This document shows positions 45,701-55,566 of a stretch of 64,000 bases of DNA, in pieces. Numbering within the stretch: position 1 is the first letter of the stretch; each line of letters begins with the position of its first letter. Where the stretch lies: positions 40,577 through 104,576 of the forward strand of contig NJBK01000004.1 of NCBI GenBank assembly GCA_005223035.1, written 5' to 3'. Under the pieces are notes generated by a model that did no database searches, was not told the origin of the DNA, and was given only the letters and a program-made list of their open reading frames with translations. This DNA is from Chloroflexi bacterium B3_Chlor. GTDB lineage: Bacteria > Chloroflexota > Anaerolineae > UBA7937 > B3-Chlor. The position numbers and the translations under genes were made by a program.

Positions 45701-46525
45701 CTACCAGGTGGGCGCGAGCCCTTGTGCGAGCAGGGGCAGGCTCAGCATCGCTAAACTGAACCCCAGAAGCGAGAGAAGGGCCAGGGGTCTACCTTGCCAA
45801 CGAGGCAAAGAGCGTGCGTGTAGGGTCATAGTGAGGATCAGCCACACAACGAGCAGAGAGACCTCAGCGGGATGCCACGTCCAGTGAGTTCCCCAGGCCA
45901 ACTGCGTCCAGAGGGCACGAGTCATCAGAGAGGCGCTGAGCCAGGGGAAAACGATCACCAGAGCCCTGCGGGTGAACGTCTGGCGATCTTGCCGGGAAAG
46001 CCATCCAGCGGCCAGCCGGCATCGAGGGGGGAGCGTCGCTGCAAGGTATCCGATAGCACCCCCACCAGCGCAGGTGTACGCGCTGCAACCTACCAGGGCA
46101 CTGAGCAAGTGGAAGAGATACCAGGGGCTGCGCGCAAAGGGCGAGATTCTCAGGGCTTCTGCAACCGGGGGTGGGATGACAACGAGGCCACATGAGTGGA
46201 TGATGAAGGCCAAGCTGACAACGAAAGGGCTCACACCGCTGTGCGTCGTCATCTTCTCAAGTATGAGATAGACAATGACGACAGACTCCGCTAGGAACAT
46301 AGCACTCAAATAGGGGTGCGCGAACGCCCAGGGCCCAAGCCGTGCACCTGACCAGAGCAGGGCGACAGCCTGGCAACTCAGAAACAGCAGCAGCGTCCCC
46401 CGAAGCACCCTACTTGGGACCCGACGCCTCCGAGAGAGATGACCCCAGCTCAGAAGTACGAGTGCAAACAATATGAGGTTGGCTGCGAAATAGAGAGCGG
46501 TCTCATTGGCCATGATAGGCCTCAT
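45701..46525 (-). CDS. ccsA: cytochrome c assembly protein CcsA/ResC-like
   Basis: Polytopic. Trp-rich WGTHWTWHP resembles the WWD heme-handling motif. Immediately downstream of resB, with a 23-nt overlap. Confidence 0.65.
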   Translation of the reverse strand: MRPIMANETALYFAANLILFALVLLSWGHLSRRRRVPSRVLRGTLLLFLSCQAVALLWSGARLGPWAFAHPYLSAMFLAESVVIVYLILEKMTTHSGVSPFVVSLAFIIHSCGLVVIPPPVAEALRISPFARSPWYLFHLLSALVGCSAYTCAGGGAIGYLAATLPPRCRLAAGWLSRQDRQTFTRRALVIVFPWLSASLMTRALWTQLAWGTHWTWHPAEVSLLVVWLILTMTLHARSLPRWQGRPLALLSLLGFSLAMLSLPLLAQGLAPTW

Positions 46526-47900
46526 CCATCTCTCCCATTAATGCATCGAACTCCTTGGCGCCGACTCCCTTGTCCTCCTCTCCAAGTCTCACCACCCGTA
46601 TTTTCACCACCCCTCCAGCGCTGGTCACTGCTGCCCAGATACGGCGCGGCGGTAGGTGGATGATGGTGGTCGCTGCTGCCAGCAAGGAAGCCGCTCCCAG
46701 AAAGACAGGGCCGACGCTGGGATCGCTGGTTGCGGTCAGTACCGCATAGTGTCGCCACTCAAATGCATAGGAGTTGTCTTCTATCTGCAGGGATGAGGAG
46801 CTGAATACCGTCTTGCTAAAGACCAGGTCCGTCATTCCGCCTCGATAGGCCTGGACCAGCAGGGCAGGCCTATTTCGCCCCCCTGAAAGAGGCTGGGACT
46901 GGAAAACTATGCGCAAAACCAGGTTCGGATCGGGGACAGCGAAATATCCTTCGTTTTCTTCATCGCTCAGCTGGAGGGTGTCGGCCTCCTGAAGCGTCGT
47001 TGCCGGGGCGAGAGCTCGCAGGGAGACATGGTGGCCCTCCGGATCCAGACCGCGGATTGTGACAAGCGGGCCGTGGGACAGCTGGTAGAAGGATATCCCC
47101 CCATATCTGAGGGGCGCGTTCGGACTGACCATACCTGTCACCAGCTCGCTCCCATCCTCCAGGAGGGTCAGACGGGCCTGATAAGAGCGGGGTGTGCCAT
47201 CCGGATACAGTTCTGCTTGAAAATCATCCAGGCGTAGGCTCAGCGACGAAGCATGCTGTACTTGGTACTCTTGACCAGGGCTGAGACGGATCCCCTCCTC
47301 GCGCCAGGCCAGGCGACCTCCAAGGGCAAGGCCCACGATAGCCAAGATCAATCCTCCATGGATAACCAGGATCGCCCACCTGGTCCAGGAAAAGCGGCTG
47401 GCAGTTAGATGGGAACCCTCGTCGCCTTCCTGAACCTCGACTTGGTACCGGTGCCTTCCTAGGAGCTCACGCAGGCTAGCCGCAGCTGGATCGGGCTTAC
47501 CGGCCAGGACAAAGGTTCCGGTCTGGGAGGCTCGTCTGAAGGCATGCTCGAATTCCTCTGGTGTGCATCTGGACCTTCGAAGGACAGCCTCGAACTGTTC
47601 CACACCGCACACCGCGAGGTTGATGATCAGGAGGGCCAATGGGAATTTGAGCCAAAGCGACTCATCTATGGAGAAGAAGCCGAGGTTGCCGAGGAGATCA
47701 GTCCATTGTAGGTAGCGCCCCTGAATCTCTGCGTACCAACGGCCATACTCGCGAGAACCGATGGCCATGCCGTCTGGCATCTGGGGTATGACGGCGGCAA
47801 ATGAAACCACGAGGGCGATGGCAGTCACCAGTACCAGGGTCAACCTGCGGGAACGGAAAGAGCGCCACAATAAGCCTGGGATATCCCTTTGCATGGCCAT
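46503..47900 (-). CDS. resB: cytochrome c biogenesis protein ResB/Ccs1
   Basis: N-terminal TM helix, large soluble domain, C-terminal TM helix. The resB-ccsA gene order is conserved. Confidence 0.7.
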   Translation of the reverse strand: MAMQRDIPGLLWRSFRSRRLTLVLVTAIALVVSFAAVIPQMPDGMAIGSREYGRWYAEIQGRYLQWTDLLGNLGFFSIDESLWLKFPLALLIINLAVCGVEQFEAVLRRSRCTPEEFEHAFRRASQTGTFVLAGKPDPAAASLRELLGRHRYQVEVQEGDEGSHLTASRFSWTRWAILVIHGGLILAIVGLALGGRLAWREEGIRLSPGQEYQVQHASSLSLRLDDFQAELYPDGTPRSYQARLTLLEDGSELVTGMVSPNAPLRYGGISFYQLSHGPLVTIRGLDPEGHHVSLRALAPATTLQEADTLQLSDEENEGYFAVPDPNLVLRIVFQSQPLSGGRNRPALLVQAYRGGMTDLVFSKTVFSSSSLQIEDNSYAFEWRHYAVLTATSDPSVGPVFLGAASLLAAATTIIHLPPRRIWAAVTSAGGVVKIRVVRLGEEDKGVGAKEFDALMGEMDEAYHGQ

Positions 47901-48355
47901 CGCCTTTGCGGTAGCCTCCGTGGTTGGTGCTTAGCTGCCAGTGTCGGTCTGGTGTTAGACACGGGGATTCTGTCAGCTGAGACAGCCTGGCCAATCATAC
48001 TATGGCGGTGTTTCCATGTCAAACGAGACACTGGCCTCATGATCAAGTAGAGGTTTGACATAGGAAGTGGGATGGCTGGAGCCAGACTTCAGCAACTCTC
48101 AGGGGGAAGAAGAAAGTCCAGCGTGGTGGTGGACACGACGTGAGCAGTGAGCCTTCTCGTGAGGCTCATTGCTCCGTCTTCAATGGAGCTTTGTTCGCTT
48201 CCAGCTTGATGTGACTTGCTCTGCGCCTCGATTCGGAGATGATCTCTCCCTACTTGCCCTCAGCAAGCGCCTCATGAAGGAATTCAGAGGGGCCTAGTAG
48301 TTGTGCTGTCAGCTTCGCCGGAACGCCTGTCCGTGAATGAACCTCTGTGCCCAGC

Positions 48356-49225
48356 TCACAACTCAGCCTTTCGAAGCACGAAGCTACGCCGCAGGGCGAC
48401 CGTACGCCTGATACTGACAGGGAGTCTTCGCTCCAAGAATCGGTCCGTCAAAATCGAGATGTCAGACGAAAAGGGTAGAATAATTGTGGAATTCTCTCGT
48501 ACGACCTCGAGGCCGCTAGATTTGAAAAGGGACAGTAGGCTACCCCGTCTCAGGAATCTGTGCGGACCTTCACTATGGTGAAGATTCACAATCGCGGCAA
48601 GCCAGTGGGCCGGTTCCCAAAGTATGTTGGGACAAGTGATGATCATCCACTGCCTAGCTCTAAGCACGCGGGCCAGTTCGCGTACAAATGTACCTCGCTC
48701 CCAAATATGCTCGATCGTTTCGTACGAGAGCACTAGGTCGAATGTCTCGTCGGGAAAAGGCAAGGGAAAACTCTTCACCAAGTGGGCCTCGAACTCGACG
48801 CCTGCCTCAGAGAGCTTCGTTGCAGCAATCGCCAGCATATGCTCCGAGAAATCAACGAGGTTGCTCTTGCGAATGCGTCCCCGTTCTGCCCAGAACATGG
48901 TCCCATTGCCGGTGCGGGACTGGATGTCTAGGGTTAGATTATTGCGCCCTATGAGGTCCTTTGCCAGTTCAAACGAATTCGTGAAGCGGCGGTGATATGT
49001 GTAGGCATCCTCGTTGATGTCATCGTAATCCCTCACTGAACTCCAAAACTGTCCGACGTCTTCCAACGACCAACGAGGCTTCGTTAGGTAGTGCCATTCC
49101 TGAACTGCTCGCCACAGCGATCCTCTTAGTGTGAAACCATGCTGATGTTTCACCATGAACAGCCCTTCGAAATCGGCACAATGATGGCAAATCTCTTGAA
49201 CTTCAAACCCAAATCCCAGGCCCAC
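48356..49225 (-). CDS. class I SAM-dependent methyltransferase
   Basis: GTG start. Motif I and post-I region (VDFSEHML...DLVLSYETIEH). Confidence 0.65.
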   Translation of the reverse strand: MGLGFGFEVQEICHHCADFEGLFMVKHQHGFTLRGSLWRAVQEWHYLTKPRWSLEDVGQFWSSVRDYDDINEDAYTYHRRFTNSFELAKDLIGRNNLTLDIQSRTGNGTMFWAERGRIRKSNLVDFSEHMLAIAATKLSEAGVEFEAHLVKSFPLPFPDETFDLVLSYETIEHIWERGTFVRELARVLRARQWMIITCPNILWEPAHWLAAIVNLHHSEGPHRFLRRGSLLSLFKSSGLEVVRENSTIILPFSSDISILTDRFLERRLPVSIRRTVALRRSFVLRKAEL

Positions 49226-49332
49226 GAGGGTTTGAGCAGCGCTGTTTTCGACAGCATCAAGAGGTCATGAGATGGCCGCACAGTGCAGATGACCGTTCTA
49301 CAATCTGGGCAGTTGGCCTTCCAAATCTAGAA

Positions 49333-49359
49333 GGGGCAAGTTCTGACTCCTCTTGCCCC
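49333..49359. terminator. bidirectional terminator-like hairpin
   Basis: 8-bp stem GGGGCAAG/CTTGCCCC with an 11-nt loop. T-rich flanks on both strands (TTCTAGATTT on the minus strand, CTTATTCCGTTTTCC on the plus strand). About 70 nt past the JAMM gene stop. Confidence 0.5.
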
Positions 49360-49430
49360 CTTATTCCGTTTTCCGCGTCCTCTGACAAACGTGCTTGTTC
49401 AGGCCATCGTAGCCGCATGTGCAGCCCTTG

Positions 49431-49835
49431 TCAAACCACGACCATCTCTTCTTCGGTGACCTCCTCGTCGGCGATCCGGAAGGCTCTGACGTGGGGCTCG
49501 GCGGGGTCCGCAAGCGATACCACAAAATACATCGCTTCCGGATAATAGGCTTGCTTCCGGTCCGTGTTGGAAGGAACGGCTGGCGAGGCGGGGTGGGAAT
49601 GATAGATGCCCACGATGTCCAATCCATTGTCCTCAATATCCACAAAGATCCGGTATTGCTCCTCGGGGTCCAGGCGATACGATGTGGGGCTGCAATCCGC
49701 ATTCCTGGCGCGGTACACCTCCACGACACGATCTTGCTTGCCTGCAAGGATGCCACAGGCCTCCAGAGGCGCTTCATCCCGCGCGTGAGCGATCATCTCC
49801 GCAAGATGTTTCTTCTTCAGATCCACCACGTTCAC
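49431..49835 (-). CDS. JAMM/MPN+ metalloprotease (Mov34 family)
   Basis: JAMM motif E...HSHPASPAVPSNTD (HxH-x7-S-x2-D) with an upstream Glu (EACG). 134 aa. Confidence 0.8.
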   Translation of the reverse strand: MNVVDLKKKHLAEMIAHARDEAPLEACGILAGKQDRVVEVYRARNADCSPTSYRLDPEEQYRIFVDIEDNGLDIVGIYHSHPASPAVPSNTDRKQAYYPEAMYFVVSLADPAEPHVRAFRIADEEVTEEEMVVV

Positions 49836-49916
49836 ACGTCGTCCCGGCTTAGGGCCCCCGCGGTTCCGTAGGGGAGGCTCCTGCAGCTAGGGTACCTGCT
49901 GGGGGAAGAGGAGATC

Positions 49917-50336
49917 TCAGGAGGCCCCCTCACTCTCAGAGCAGCCCCGAGGCAGTGACGTGGGCGTGAAAGCAGTTGGCAGCAGATCGCGCACGGTATG
50001 TACCTCTCGGCTATCGCCCAAATCTGCGATTATCACCTTGGTGTTCAGCCCAAACTCGGCCAGCACCTGACGGCAGGCCCCGCAGGGGGGAGCAAGCTCC
50101 TCGCTGACTACAGCCAGAGCTTCGAACTCTCGCTCACCAGCAGATACCGCATTGAATATGGCCACCCTTTCTGCGCAGATAGTCATGCCGTAGGAGGCAT
50201 TCTCCACATTGGAGCCGCTATAGACTCCGCCCGACTTGGTGCGCAAGGCCGCGCCCACTGCAAACCCGGAGTAGGGAGCATAGGCCCTGTCGCGTGCTTC
50301 TCTGCCCAGGGTGACTAGTTCGGCGAAGATGTCCAT
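49917..50336 (-). CDS. cdd: cytidine deaminase
   Basis: Zinc motifs CAERVAI and PCGACRQ. Confidence 0.85.
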   Translation of the reverse strand: MDIFAELVTLGREARDRAYAPYSGFAVGAALRTKSGGVYSGSNVENASYGMTICAERVAIFNAVSAGEREFEALAVVSEELAPPCGACRQVLAEFGLNTKVIIADLGDSREVHTVRDLLPTAFTPTSLPRGCSESEGAS

Positions 50337-50337
50337 G

Positions 50338-51564
50338 CTATTCCTCTTTCACAACTCTTACTTTCTTGATGCGACGACCCAGCAGCGACAGTACAGTGAT
50401 TCTGACTCCGTCAAGGACTACCTCATCGCCAACCTTGGGCACTCCCCCCAGTGCAGAGTAGATCAGGCCTCCAAGGGTGTCGCTATCGTCTGTTGGCAAG
50501 TGCGTGTCCATCATCCTGTTTACGTCATCTAGGTCCATCCGGGCGTTGAAAATGGCCTCGTGGTCGCTCACCATCTCAAAGAAAGGCTCTACTGTATCGT
50601 ACTCGTCCTCAATCTCCCCCACTATTTCCTCCAGGGCGTCCTCAACGGTCACCAACCCAGCGGTTCCGCCATACTCGTCCACTACGAGAGCCATCTGAAT
50701 TCGCTCTCGTTGCAGTTCCTCCAGAACCTCCCCCACTTTGTTCGTCTCCGGCACGAAGTGAGCAGGGCGCAACAGATCCCGCAGGCCGCGATGTGAGCCA
50801 TCGTCATCCTTCAGGTGCGCAAGCAGATCCTTCCCGTTCAGAATACCCACGATGTTCTCTATCGCACCCTCATAAACGGGGATGCGAGAGTGTCCCGCCT
50901 CCACGATCACATCCAGAGCTTCCTCAATCGAGGCCTCGACCTCAAGAGCTGTCATGTCGATACGCGGCACCATGATCTCTCTTACGAGGGTTTCGTCAAA
51001 CTCGAAGATGCTGGCTATCATCTGCCTCTCATCTTCCTCTATGTAACCTTCCTCTTCGCCAGCATCTATGAACAAACGTAGCTCTGCCTCTATTGCGGCG
51101 GCATCCTTGGGAACCTCTTCTCCTTGGGCGTCACCAATCAGGAAATCGGTAGTCGCTCTGAACAGTCGAACAAGTGGATACAGGGGTAAGGCCAGCCACC
51201 GTATGGGTCTGGACAGCAGAAGCGCCATCCTTTCAGGGTCTCGCGTGGCCCAAGCCCGAGGGATCAGCCGACAAAGGAACAGCACGAGAAAACTGAGGGA
51301 AACGATGGCTATCACTATGCCCCATTGCGGAGCATACTTAAGTGACAGTATCGTGCTCAGACAGGCGGCCACTATGACGGCTGCGTTCTTCTGGATCAGC
51401 AGCGCTGAGAGGTACCACTCTTCGCTCTCAAGAATGGAGTCCACCAGGTCTGCCCTCGACACCCCTTCCCTAGCCATTCTCTTCACACGAAAAGGATTGG
51501 CCGACATGATCGCCGCCTCAGCGGCCGATGCGAATGCAGTCAAAAGCAACGATAGGCCTATCAA
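50338..51564 (-). CDS. CNNM/HlyC-type transporter-associated protein (DUF21 TM, CBS pair, CorC_HlyC)
   Basis: N-terminal 4-TM DUF21, two CBS domains, C-terminal CorC/HlyC domain (VDEYGGTAGLVTVEDALEEIVGEI). Confidence 0.8.
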   Translation of the reverse strand: MIGLSLLLTAFASAAEAAIMSANPFRVKRMAREGVSRADLVDSILESEEWYLSALLIQKNAAVIVAACLSTILSLKYAPQWGIVIAIVSLSFLVLFLCRLIPRAWATRDPERMALLLSRPIRWLALPLYPLVRLFRATTDFLIGDAQGEEVPKDAAAIEAELRLFIDAGEEEGYIEEDERQMIASIFEFDETLVREIMVPRIDMTALEVEASIEEALDVIVEAGHSRIPVYEGAIENIVGILNGKDLLAHLKDDDGSHRGLRDLLRPAHFVPETNKVGEVLEELQRERIQMALVVDEYGGTAGLVTVEDALEEIVGEIEDEYDTVEPFFEMVSDHEAIFNARMDLDDVNRMMDTHLPTDDSDTLGGLIYSALGGVPKVGDEVVLDGVRITVLSLLGRRIKKVRVVKEE

Positions 51565-51616
51565 AGCCAGTTCTATGGAACCTTCGGTATCCAGCTGTGA
51601 CCCTCCTTCGTTAGAT

Positions 51617-52960
51617 CTATGCGCCGCTCCCAGTATGCTTGCGGAGCGCCCGCATCTTTTCCTCTTTGGCTTCCGGTGAGAGGATGATCTTGTTCTTCGT
51701 TATGACATAGGGGTCGGGGCCCACTATCATGCTGTCTGGGGCTAGATCATCGCGCAATACGACGCCCGGTCCCACGACGCTGTGAGGACCTACCTTCAGG
51801 CCAGGCATCAAGGTGGCATTGCAGCCAGTCTTGCACTCCTCACCCATGATGACGCCCAGCTTGTCGGTCCCCGAGGAGATCCTTTCCTCCTTCACCTTGA
51901 CCTGGACCTCTCCCTCATCAAAGCGGAAGTTGGCGGTGATGGTGCCGGCTCCAAAAGAACAATTATCAGAGACTATGGAGTCTCCCACGTACGACATATG
52001 GATCCAGCAGTTGCTCCCTATGAGAGAGCGCTTGATCTCAGAGGAGAAGCCCACCACCGACTTCGCACCGATGGAGGAGTGGTTCCATATCAACACGTTG
52101 TTGCCTATCACACTGTTAGGTCCAACATAGGCTGGTCCCCGAATGACGGCATTCTCGAAAACCCTCACCCCTTCCTCGATAACCACGTCGCCATCTATGA
52201 CTGCTCTGTCCGAGACGTGAGCCTGGTCGCTTACTCGTGGCTCAGTGATGAACCTATCCATCAGATACTCATTGATCGTGAGCAGATCCCAGGGATACTT
52301 GAAGGACTCGAAAACGCCATCGTAGGGCACGAACTCCACGTTGCCTTCGTCTATCAGGCGCTGATAGGCTATCTCCAGCTGATAGTTAGAGAGGGGGGTG
52401 CCGGCAATGTACTCAAAGATCAACCTAGAGAAGAAATATACTCCCACCACTACGATGTTGCTAGGCTCCTGCCCCACGGGCGGCTTCTCCACGACGGCTT
52501 TGACTTTTCCGTCCTCGAACTCGAAGACACCGAACTTCCAGGGGCTTTCCATCTCCCGGCCCACCAGCACCATGTCTGTCCCAGTTTGGTCGGCTTTCTT
52601 CATCACATCGGCCAGCAGGTGGGGTTCGAAAATGTCGTTGCCGTTGAGCATAAGGAAACGGTCCTTGAGGAGGTGCTGCGCCGCTTGCAGGGCGTTGGCC
52701 ATGCCAAGTGGCTTGTCCTGAGTGGCGTAGTGAATCCTGGCCCCGAACCCTTCTCCTGTGCCGAAGTAGGTCTTTATCTCTTGGGCCTCGGGGCCGGTGA
52801 CGATGATCAGCTCCTCGATGCCGGCCTCCCGTAAGTTCTCTATGACATATTGGAGCAAAGGCTTTCCCAAGAACTCGAACATCGGCTTGGGTTTCCTTGT
52901 GCACAAGGGGAAGGCTCGCTCTCCTGCTCCCCCGGACAGAATCACAGCTTGAATGGTCAA
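51617..52960 (-). CDS. sugar-1-phosphate nucleotidyltransferase fused to a left-handed beta-helix (GlmU/archaeal-type bifunctional)
   Basis: AVILSGGAGER...KP nucleotidyltransferase signature, with C-terminal hexapeptide repeats. Probable TTG start at 52960 with GGAGG 5 nt upstream; the ORF-track ATG at 52996 has no SD. Confidence 0.65.
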   Translation of the reverse strand: MTIQAVILSGGAGERAFPLCTRKPKPMFEFLGKPLLQYVIENLREAGIEELIIVTGPEAQEIKTYFGTGEGFGARIHYATQDKPLGMANALQAAQHLLKDRFLMLNGNDIFEPHLLADVMKKADQTGTDMVLVGREMESPWKFGVFEFEDGKVKAVVEKPPVGQEPSNIVVVGVYFFSRLIFEYIAGTPLSNYQLEIAYQRLIDEGNVEFVPYDGVFESFKYPWDLLTINEYLMDRFITEPRVSDQAHVSDRAVIDGDVVIEEGVRVFENAVIRGPAYVGPNSVIGNNVLIWNHSSIGAKSVVGFSSEIKRSLIGSNCWIHMSYVGDSIVSDNCSFGAGTITANFRFDEGEVQVKVKEERISSGTDKLGVIMGEECKTGCNATLMPGLKVGPHSVVGPGVVLRDDLAPDSMIVGPDPYVITKNKIILSPEAKEEKMRALRKHTGSGA

Positions 52961-53144
52961 TGACGCCTCCACAAGACACAAAAAGGCCAAGACCATCTGG
53001 CGCCCGGCACAGGCGAGCCGTGGTCCCGGCCTGAGACCGCCTCAAGGCGGCAACTTGTCACTCTCCCGACTGGATGGTTCCTCGTCCATCATCGGTCTCT
53101 ACTACGAGGTGCTCGTAGTAGGGGCCCTCTGCCTCCTAGAAGAA

Positions 53145-53216
53145 GCTGGGGCGGAAGGATTCGAACCTCCGAATGGCGGCTCCAAAAGCCGCTGCCTTAC
53201 CACTTGGCGACGCCCC
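53145..53216 (-). tRNA. tRNA-Gln (anticodon TTG)
   Basis: Minus-strand sequence TGGGGCGTCGCCAAGTGGTAAGGCAGCGGCTTTTGGAGCCGCCATTCGGAGGTTCGAATCCTTCCGCCCCAG folds as a cloverleaf: 7-bp acceptor stem U1:A72, anticodon loop TTTTGGA, T-loop TTCGAAT. 72 nt; CCA is not encoded. Confidence 0.85.
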
Positions 53217-53326
53217 AGCGCCCCTTCTACACGTATTCTAGCATATCGCCAGCGATTCTGCAACTCCAGGGGCAGAGTACTCCTCACTTCCTGAGGCCAG
53301 GGAGGGGATGCTGAACCAGGTAGATC

Positions 53327-54040
53327 CTACCTTCTCAAGTACCGGTGGTCTAACACGTCCAGGTAGCGGAACTCACGACGCCTCCGCTGTCTCAGGAAGG
53401 GCGTGAGGATCAGACCAGCCACGAAGCCTCCAATGTGTGCCCACCAGGCTACGCCGCCCATCGTTGCCTCGCTGGACAATCCGATCATCGCCACACCGCT
53501 GAAAAGCTGGACTACGAACCAGAAACCCAACACTATCACAGCTGGCAGGGTGATTACCTCCATGTAGATCAGGAGGGGGATGCCCACGAAGACGCGAGCC
53601 CGCGGGAAGCACAAGAGATAGGCGGCCAATACCCCAGCAATGGCGCCACTGGCTCCGACACCCGGAATCACCGAGGTCGGAACGATGAAGACCTGGGCCA
53701 GATTGGCGACGACGCCACAGATCAGGTAGAAGGCTAAGTACCGTTTGTGGCCCATGATGCCTTCGACATTGTCGCCGAAGATGCCCAGGTAGACCATGTT
53801 GCCGATCAGGTGTAGCCAGCCACCGTGCAAGAATATCGAGGTCACCAGGGTAGACAGGACCCACGGGTCTCGCTGCCAGCCGATGATATCCGCAGGTACG
53901 GTGCCCCAAGCATAGATGAGATCGTCTGCCGCAGGGCCCATCACCAACTCAAAGAAGAAGACCATTACGTTCAGAGCGATAAAGGTATAAGTAACGAAAG
54001 GCGTGCGCTCCGATGGTACACTGTCTCCGAGAGGGATCAC
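53327..54040 (-). CDS. rhomboid family intramembrane serine protease
   Basis: Six TM helices. Catalytic GASGA and the downstream AHIGG His motif. Confidence 0.8.
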   Translation of the reverse strand: MIPLGDSVPSERTPFVTYTFIALNVMVFFFELVMGPAADDLIYAWGTVPADIIGWQRDPWVLSTLVTSIFLHGGWLHLIGNMVYLGIFGDNVEGIMGHKRYLAFYLICGVVANLAQVFIVPTSVIPGVGASGAIAGVLAAYLLCFPRARVFVGIPLLIYMEVITLPAVIVLGFWFVVQLFSGVAMIGLSSEATMGGVAWWAHIGGFVAGLILTPFLRQRRRREFRYLDVLDHRYLRR

Positions 54041-54798
54041 CCTCGCTCTCCTTTGCCCCCCTCCTTTCTCTCTGGGGGCAGATAGGGTGTGGGGATGTAC
54101 TGGACCGAGGGGCGCCGCCTGCCTGCCTGCGGGTAGAGATCCATCAATGCGTACACTTCCTTGGGCATGTCGTCACGAGCAGGCAGCCCCAGCTTCTGAA
54201 TCTCCTCCAGGGAGATGGGGTAATCGTGTGTCCATTTTCCACTGGCGAGCACCTCCGCGATACGGGTGGCTTCATCCTTCTTCACCCCGTTGCCTTCCAG
54301 GATCTCCCTCACGGTGTCCTGGACCTGCTCCATTGCTTTTCCAGCTATGTCCGCCAGAATCACAGTTTCATCATCGATCTCGTTGATGGTCTTTCTCTCC
54401 AGGACTTTCAAGATGGAGACCGCTGGATACTGACCGACCTGTGGATCGACCGGGCCCAGGACGGCGTTGCGATCCATTACTATCTCATCCGCGGCGAGAG
54501 CCAGGAGCGTGCCGCCAGACATGGCGTAGTGAGGAACGAAAACGGTCACCTTTGCCTTGTGGCGGACCAGGGCTTGAGCAATCTGCTCGGCGGCCAACAC
54601 CAGCCCGCCCGGCGTGTCCAGGATGAGATCTACATGCATGTCCTCAGGCGTCAGGCGTACTGCACGAAGGACTTGCTCTGAGTCGTCGACATCAAGGTAC
54701 CGGGTGAAGGGGATGCCCAGAAAGCTCATCGTTTCTTGCCGATGAATGAGAGTAATGGCGCGCGACTTCGGCTTCTTCTCGAACTTGTCAAGTCGCAA
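54037..54798 (-). CDS. ClpP/crotonase-fold serine peptidase (S49/SDH family)
   Basis: LDTPGGL...AMSGGTLLALAADE core. 4-nt overlap with the rhomboid gene start. Confidence 0.6.
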   Translation of the reverse strand: MRLDKFEKKPKSRAITLIHRQETMSFLGIPFTRYLDVDDSEQVLRAVRLTPEDMHVDLILDTPGGLVLAAEQIAQALVRHKAKVTVFVPHYAMSGGTLLALAADEIVMDRNAVLGPVDPQVGQYPAVSILKVLERKTINEIDDETVILADIAGKAMEQVQDTVREILEGNGVKKDEATRIAEVLASGKWTHDYPISLEEIQKLGLPARDDMPKEVYALMDLYPQAGRRRPSVQYIPTPYLPPERKEGGKGERG

Positions 54799-55011
54799 AC
54801 CTCTATAGCTAGTTGCATAATAATATGTAAATTGAGCGCGGCGAATGCTGATGCTAGTGCGTATCGTGTATAATGCAGGTCACCCAGATGGAACTAGAGT
54901 GGGTGTTCTGCTTGGCGTGACTAGGTTATCTAGGCCTCGCGCTGTTCTGCAATGTGACAGGACCGATGCAATCAATTGACGTCGGCACAACGTTCTGGTG
55001 TGTCAGAGTCC

Positions 55012-55040
55012 TTGACAGCGCTCTGCAATTCTGGTATACT
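55012..55040 (+). promoter_or_regulatory. sigma70-like promoter TTGACA-N17-TATACT
   Basis: Perfect -35 hexamer at 55012-55017, 17-nt spacer, TATACT at 55035-55040. About 180 nt upstream of GTG 55227. Confidence 0.55.
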
Positions 55041-55226
55041 GACTGGAGAACGCGGAAAGCGCAAGCTTCTTCAGCGTCCACCGTCTGGCCCGGAATGATT
55101 TCCATGTTTCGTGTGCATTGGAGCGCTAACCAGCGGTCCGCACAATACTAGGTGCGTTCTACTCATTGTAGCTCCCGGCGGGCGCGGCTTGCTATTCCTG
55201 CTTGGAGTAGGCAGAAAGGAGCAGCT

Positions 55227-55562
55227 GTGGCCAAGAAGACCAAACAGCCAGCGGAGAAGAGGGCATATGCTGTGCCCGTGCGCTGGGAGATCCCGGATGA
55301 CCTCGAAGTGCTGTGGGCTTCCAATTTCATCGTTCAGCATTCCTTGAGGGAATTCATTTTGAGTTTCTTCCAGGCACCTCCGCCACTCCTGATTGAGCCT
55401 ACGGAGGAGGAACTAGAAACTGCCACGAAAGAGGGGTATCCAGCCAAAGCCGTGGCAAGGATTGCTCTCACCCCGGCGGCTATGAAGGAATTGATTCAGA
55501 TACTCCAGATCAATCTGGACAACTTCATTAGCGTGACGGAAAAAGAGCTAGGCGAGGAGTAG
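55227..55562 (+). CDS. hypothetical protein (111 aa)
   Basis: GTG start with AAGGAG 5 nt upstream. The stop overlaps the SD of the next gene. Confidence 0.45.
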   Translation: MAKKTKQPAEKRAYAVPVRWEIPDDLEVLWASNFIVQHSLREFILSFFQAPPPLLIEPTEEELETATKEGYPAKAVARIALTPAAMKELIQILQINLDNFISVTEKELGEE

Positions 55563-55566
55563 TGCG

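Noticed and set aside
53145-53216. tRNA-Gln as an integration hotspot for a mobile element
   Set aside because: The flanking genes are a sugar nucleotidyltransferase and a rhomboid protease. There is no integrase, no direct repeat of the tRNA 3' end, and no compositional break is visible nearby.
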